Shown in pieces: positions 23,459 to 27,452 of a DNA stretch of 27,452 nt (position 1 is the stretch's first letter; every line of letters starts with the position of its first letter). Source of the stretch: a virus (taxonomy: Duplodnaviria; Caudoviricetes); the IMG/VR virus record IMGVR_UViG_3300005805_000373, positions 1-27,452 of that record; one strand, 5' to 3'. Below the pieces are notes generated by a model. That model searched no databases. It was not told the DNA's origin and saw only the letters and a list, made by a program, of their open reading frames with translations. The translations under genes were made by a program, and so were the position numbers.

Positions 23459-26047
23459 ATGTCGATTCCAATTAGTCAGCTCTCTGATGGTGGCTTGCCA
23501 AATGGTGACGTAGAGTTTCCGGCAACCAACCCATTAGACACAACGCAATCCGTTAACGGCACTACTTTTAAATATTACCTAGTAGATGTGCTGCAATACA
23601 TACTAAATGCACAGGGCTTTACTACTTATACAAATTGTAGGGTTGCAACAGTTGGTTTGTTAAATGCAACCTACAGTAACGGTACAGCAGGTGTTGGCGC
23701 AACACTTACCAACGCAGGTGCGCAAGCAGTGATAGCTATAGATGGCATTACTCTAGTTGCAGGCGACCGTGTATTAGTCAAAAACCAGACAAGCACATTC
23801 CAAAATGGCATCTACGTTGTCAGCAATATTGGTAGCGCATCAACTAACTGGGTTTTGACAAGAGCTGATGATTACAACCAGCCGGCCGAAATAATTTATT
23901 TAGGCGTTGTTGCAATTACCCAAGGCTTAACTAATGCTGGTTTGGTATTTCAAGAGAATTCGCCTGGGCCTTTTGTCATTGGCACAAGCCCAATTACCTT
24001 TCAGCAATTGCAAATTGACATCACGCTATTGCCTTCTGCAAGCCCTGCTAATAAACTTTTAAGAAGTGATGGCACATATTGGGTGCAAAGCACAAATGCT
24101 TCTCTTGACTCTTCCGATAAGCTTTACGACCTATCTGAGTTGCAAGTTGACAATATCAATATCAATGGCAACACAATTAGCTCCACTGATGTTGGAGGGA
24201 ACATTGTCATTACACCTAATACTGTAGGAAGTATTGTATTAGATGGTTTAAACTGGCCTCAGGCTGACGGTACAAATGGTCAAGCCATTACAACAAATGG
24301 TGCTGGTCAATTAGGTTGGACATCGTTTGGCGCGCCTTATACGCCCGCTGCTTTGACCTCTGTCAGTGATAGTAACGTCACAATTACATTGGGTGGAACA
24401 CCGTTAACAGCTTTATTGCAAGCCACTTCAATTACGATGGGCTGGTCGGGATTATTGCCAATATCTAGAGGTGGCACTAATACAAGTACACTAGGCTCTA
24501 GCGGACAACTAGCACAATCTGACGGCACTAAGTACTCTTGGACTACCGCAACTTATCCTGCAACTGCTACAGCAACTGGTACTATTTTAAGGGCGGATGG
24601 CACTAACTGGGTAGCAACTACTGCGACATATCCTGCAACGACTACGATTAATCAGATTCTTTATAGTTCTGCTAATAATGTTATTAGTGAGATTACTGCG
24701 GCGATTGGCTCTGTATTAGTTAGTGATGCAACTGGCGTTCCAAGTATGTTGGCAAATCCTGCTGACAATTATCGTGTGTTGATGTCTAAGAATTCAGACA
24801 AACCTGTTTGGTCAAGTGCTGCATATCCACAAAATGCAAGTGCTTCTGGAACATTGATGCAATCAGATGGCACGGATTGGACACATACACAAGCAACTTA
24901 CCCAAGCTCAACGAATAAAAATCATATTTTATATTCAAGCGCAAATAATACTGTTGCAGAAATTAATACACAAAAAAATGCCGTATTGGTTTCTGATAAT
25001 CAAAGCACACCGCAATGGTCAGGAAGTTTGACTGATGGTCAAATTGTAATTGGTAAAACCAATGATTTACCTGCTGCGGCAAGCATTACTGGGTCAGGTT
25101 CAATCACTGTAACGCCAGGAGCTAATAGTATTACAATTTCTAGTTCTGCAAGCGGTACTGTTAATGCAGGAACAATTAACGAGTTAGCTTATTATGCTGC
25201 CAACGGCACTGCGGTATCGGGACTAACAACCGCTAACAATGGAACATTAGTTACAAGCAATACTGGCGTGCCAAGTATTAGCTCTACATTACCAACTGCC
25301 GTACAAGGCAACATTACTAGTGTTGGCACAATTGGCTCTGGTACATGGCAAGGTAACACTATAGCTGTAGGATATGGTGGCACAGGAGCAACAAGCGTTG
25401 GCGCAAATGGCACTTTAGCTCAAAGCAATGGTTCAATTTATACGTTTACTACAGCAACCTATCCAAGCACAACAACAGCTAATCAATTGCTTTATAGCTC
25501 TGCAACAAATACAGTTGGTGGCCTAGCAAGTGCTAATAGTGCAACTTTGGTAACTAATGCGTCTGGAGTCCCTGCTTGGACTGGCTCTATGACTAATGGC
25601 CAAATTTTGATTGGGTCGACAGGGGCCACACCTGTTCTTGGGACAATTACAGGAACATTAGGGATTAATGTTACAAATGGAGCTGGTACAATCACTATTA
25701 GCGGTGGTGGTGGTGGATACACATGGACCGAAGTCACTGGCACAAGTCAAACTATGGCCGCAAACAATGGTTATATCACGAATAATCCTGCTTTAGTTAC
25801 TTTGACTCTTCCTACAACAGCGGCTTTAGGCACAACATTGTCTATTGCAGGCAAAGGAGCAGGTGGTTGGAAGATTGCGCAGAATGCGGGACAAGAAATT
25901 TTCTTTGGCTCAAGTGCAACTACTATTGGAGCGACTGGATATCTACAAAGCACACAACAGTTTGATAGTATAGAGTTATTGTGTATTACCGCTAACACGC
26001 AATGGACAGTCATCACTGGGCCTCAGGGCGCAATTACTGTAGCGTAA
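23459..26047 (+). CDS. Long tail fibre protein with internal repeats
   Basis: 862 aa T/G/S/A-rich; 'IDGITLVAGDRVLVKNQ...QNGIY...WVLTRADD' fibre domain, repeated ATYP / LYSSA / VLVS modules, globular C-terminal domain after GGGGG. Confidence 0.85.
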   Translation: MSIPISQLSDGGLPNGDVEFPATNPLDTTQSVNGTTFKYYLVDVLQYILNAQGFTTYTNCRVATVGLLNATYSNGTAGVGATLTNAGAQAVIAIDGITLVAGDRVLVKNQTSTFQNGIYVVSNIGSASTNWVLTRADDYNQPAEIIYLGVVAITQGLTNAGLVFQENSPGPFVIGTSPITFQQLQIDITLLPSASPANKLLRSDGTYWVQSTNASLDSSDKLYDLSELQVDNININGNTISSTDVGGNIVITPNTVGSIVLDGLNWPQADGTNGQAITTNGAGQLGWTSFGAPYTPAALTSVSDSNVTITLGGTPLTALLQATSITMGWSGLLPISRGGTNTSTLGSSGQLAQSDGTKYSWTTATYPATATATGTILRADGTNWVATTATYPATTTINQILYSSANNVISEITAAIGSVLVSDATGVPSMLANPADNYRVLMSKNSDKPVWSSAAYPQNASASGTLMQSDGTDWTHTQATYPSSTNKNHILYSSANNTVAEINTQKNAVLVSDNQSTPQWSGSLTDGQIVIGKTNDLPAAASITGSGSITVTPGANSITISSSASGTVNAGTINELAYYAANGTAVSGLTTANNGTLVTSNTGVPSISSTLPTAVQGNITSVGTIGSGTWQGNTIAVGYGGTGATSVGANGTLAQSNGSIYTFTTATYPSTTTANQLLYSSATNTVGGLASANSATLVTNASGVPAWTGSMTNGQILIGSTGATPVLGTITGTLGINVTNGAGTITISGGGGGYTWTEVTGTSQTMAANNGYITNNPALVTLTLPTTAALGTTLSIAGKGAGGWKIAQNAGQEIFFGSSATTIGATGYLQSTQQFDSIELLCITANTQWTVITGPQGAITVA
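24540..25700 (+). repeat. Degenerate protein-level repeats in the fibre shaft
   Basis: A(T/A)YP at 24548, 24623, 24818, 24893 and 25454; the first two pairs are offset by exactly 270 nt (90 aa); LYSSA(N/T)N occurs three times. Confidence 0.8.
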
Positions 26048-26056
26048 GGAATCGAT

Positions 26057-26593
26057 ATGGCAACTAATAATGCAGTAAATAATACACTTACAGGTCAAAC
26101 AGGTACTGGTAATTTTGTGGGGTCTACAAGCCCTACTTTAACAACCCCAAGAATTGACCAAATCAATGACACAAATGGCAATGGTTCTATAAAACTTGAA
26201 GCTACTGCAAGTGCTGTTAATTATTTAAAAATTACAAATAACATAACGGGTGGGCCTGTAGTCTTATCACCAGATGGAACAGATACAAATACTGGCTATC
26301 AAATGAATACGAAAGGAACAGGTGCTTTTGCGATGCAATCTGCTGCAACAGGCAATCAATTGACTTTTTATGCTGGCACAGGTTATCAGCGTATAACAAA
26401 TTTTAATTGGGCAGATGTTTCAAGCAATCAAACCGTAACATGGCCAAATTTAACTGGAACAGTTGTTTTATCAAGCAATACAGGTACTTCTGGACAAGTT
26501 TTAACAAGCAATGGTGCTGGTGTTGCACCAAGTTATCAAAATGCTACAGGTGGCGCAGATGCAGCCTTTTCACTAATGCTCATGGGTGGGTAG
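26057..26593 (+). CDS. Short tail fibre-like protein
   Basis: TAAGGA SD; 'TGTGNFVGSTSPTLTTP', 'GTSGQVLTSNGAGVAPSY' fibre motifs; hydrophobic C-terminus AAFSLMLMGG. Confidence 0.75.
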   Translation: MATNNAVNNTLTGQTGTGNFVGSTSPTLTTPRIDQINDTNGNGSIKLEATASAVNYLKITNNITGGPVVLSPDGTDTNTGYQMNTKGTGAFAMQSAATGNQLTFYAGTGYQRITNFNWADVSSNQTVTWPNLTGTVVLSSNTGTSGQVLTSNGAGVAPSYQNATGGADAAFSLMLMGG

Positions 26594-26617
26594 TTTAAAT
26601 ACAAAAAGGAATAAATT

Positions 26618-26947
26618 ATGGCAACAACTTACAAGATACTAGGGCAGTCTAAACCTACTGCTGCAACTTTATCTGATGCTTATACGGTACCCGCTTTAAC
26701 AACGGCAACAGTTTCAACAATTACTGTGGCAAACCAAAGTGCTACGGCAACAAGTTTTAGAATTAGTGTTGCGGTTGCTGGAGCTGCTGATACTCCTGCG
26801 CAATACTTGTATTATGATATTGCAATATCAGGCAACAACAGTTTTGCCACAACGATTGGTATTACCTTAGGGGCTGGGGATGTTGTGCGTGTTTACAATA
26901 CGCTTGCAACTTGTTCATTTAATATTTTTGGCGTACAAAATACTTAA
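26618..26947 (+). CDS. Small beta-sandwich tail accessory protein (109 aa)
   Basis: AAGGA SD; 'MATTYKILGQ...YTVPA...STITVANQ...GITLGAGDVVRV...FG' pattern recalled from environmental phage tail clusters. Confidence 0.75.
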   Translation: MATTYKILGQSKPTAATLSDAYTVPALTTATVSTITVANQSATATSFRISVAVAGAADTPAQYLYYDIAISGNNSFATTIGITLGAGDVVRVYNTLATCSFNIFGVQNT

Positions 26948-26956
26948 GGAATTGTT

Positions 26957-27452
26957 ATGACACAAGGTTTTGTAAATCCATATACTTATGCAGTTTCAGC
27001 ACCAACAGTAACTACTTATACAAGCGGCTCAGGTACTTATACCGTTCCGTCTGGTGTTCAATACTTAGTTGTTGAATTAGTTGGCGGCGGTGGTGGCGGT
27101 GCAGGTGGCGGCTCTACAGGCGCTACAAATGGTGCGTCTGGAGGCACCACAAGTTTTGGCTCATTATCAGCAACAGGCGGTGCTGGCGGCCTAGCAGCGG
27201 CAGTGGGAGGCGGATATCTAGGCTCTGCTGGTGGTGTTGGTTCTGGTGGTGATGTAAACGGTTACGGTGGAACATCAGCTGCAAACGTGCCAGGAAATAA
27301 TAGTTTAGGAACACCTACAAATAACTATGCGCCATGTGGCGGTAATTCCATATATGGTGGGGGTGGACTAGGCGGTGCAAATGGGGGCGGAGCAGGTAGC
27401 GCAGGTTACGCTTATGGTGGAGGCGGCGGCGGCGCAGGTGGAACCAACGCAG
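26957..27452 (+). CDS. Glycine-rich tail tip/receptor-binding protein, partial (runs off right edge)
   Basis: Read manually: TAAGGA SD, MTQGFVNPYTYAVSAPTVTTYTSGSGTYTVPSGVQYLVVELVGGGGGGAGGG...SGGTTSFGSLSATGGAGG; Gly-rich reading continues toward the edge with no stop noticed. Confidence 0.85.
   Translation, partial: MTQGFVNPYTYAVSAPTVTTYTSGSGTYTVPSGVQYLVVELVGGGGGGAGGGSTGATNGASGGTTSFGSLSATGGAGGLAAAVGGGYLGSAGGVGSGGDVNGYGGTSAANVPGNNSLGTPTNNYAPCGGNSIYGGGGLGGANGGGAGSAGYAYGGGGGGAGGTNA

Larger units (their letters stand above)
1..27452. mobile_element. Tailed phage/prophage segment, P22-like podovirus morphogenesis module
   Basis: Order terS, terL, portal, scaffold, capsid, adaptor, tail hub, three ejection proteins, fibres. 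No tape-measure, tube or sheath gene, no host housekeeping genes, and no integrase or att site visible. Confidence 0.95.

Noticed and set aside
23459-26047. Diversity-generating retroelement or invertible tail-fibre cassette
   Set aside because: Repeats are diverged at all bases rather than adenine-specifically, lie in frame within one gene, and no reverse transcriptase or invertase is in the window.
14065-27314. Numerous short minus-strand ORFs within tail and ejection genes
   Set aside because: Antisense shadows of long genes with biased codon usage.
1-27452. CRISPR array, introns/inteins or stop-codon reassignment
   Set aside because: No regularly spaced repeats seen; terL, portal and capsid are uninterrupted and of normal length; TAA, TAG and TGA all terminate genes at sensible boundaries.

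Overview
This window is the virion-morphogenesis half of a tailed dsDNA phage or prophage with P22/APSE-like (podovirus-type) gene order. The + strand carries terminase small and large subunits, portal, a cluster of tiny (partly very basic) genes, scaffold, major capsid, a Zn-ribbon/HNH protein, head-tail adaptor, tail hub, three DNA-ejection proteins and at least six tail/fibre genes, the last running off the right end. Four things stand out. (1) terS and terL are separated by about 3 kb holding a self-contained promoter-gene-terminator cassette, a strongly strand-skewed non-coding tract and an opposite-strand operon with thymidine kinase and a compact cytosine methyltransferase. (2) Two perfect TTGACA-17-TATAAT promoters share a near-identical leader and RBS. 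(3) Long hairpins surround the scaffold and capsid translation starts. (4) The fibre genes look like a modular shaft + adaptor + Gly-rich tip system. All product calls come from motifs and synteny read by eye; no database search was run.
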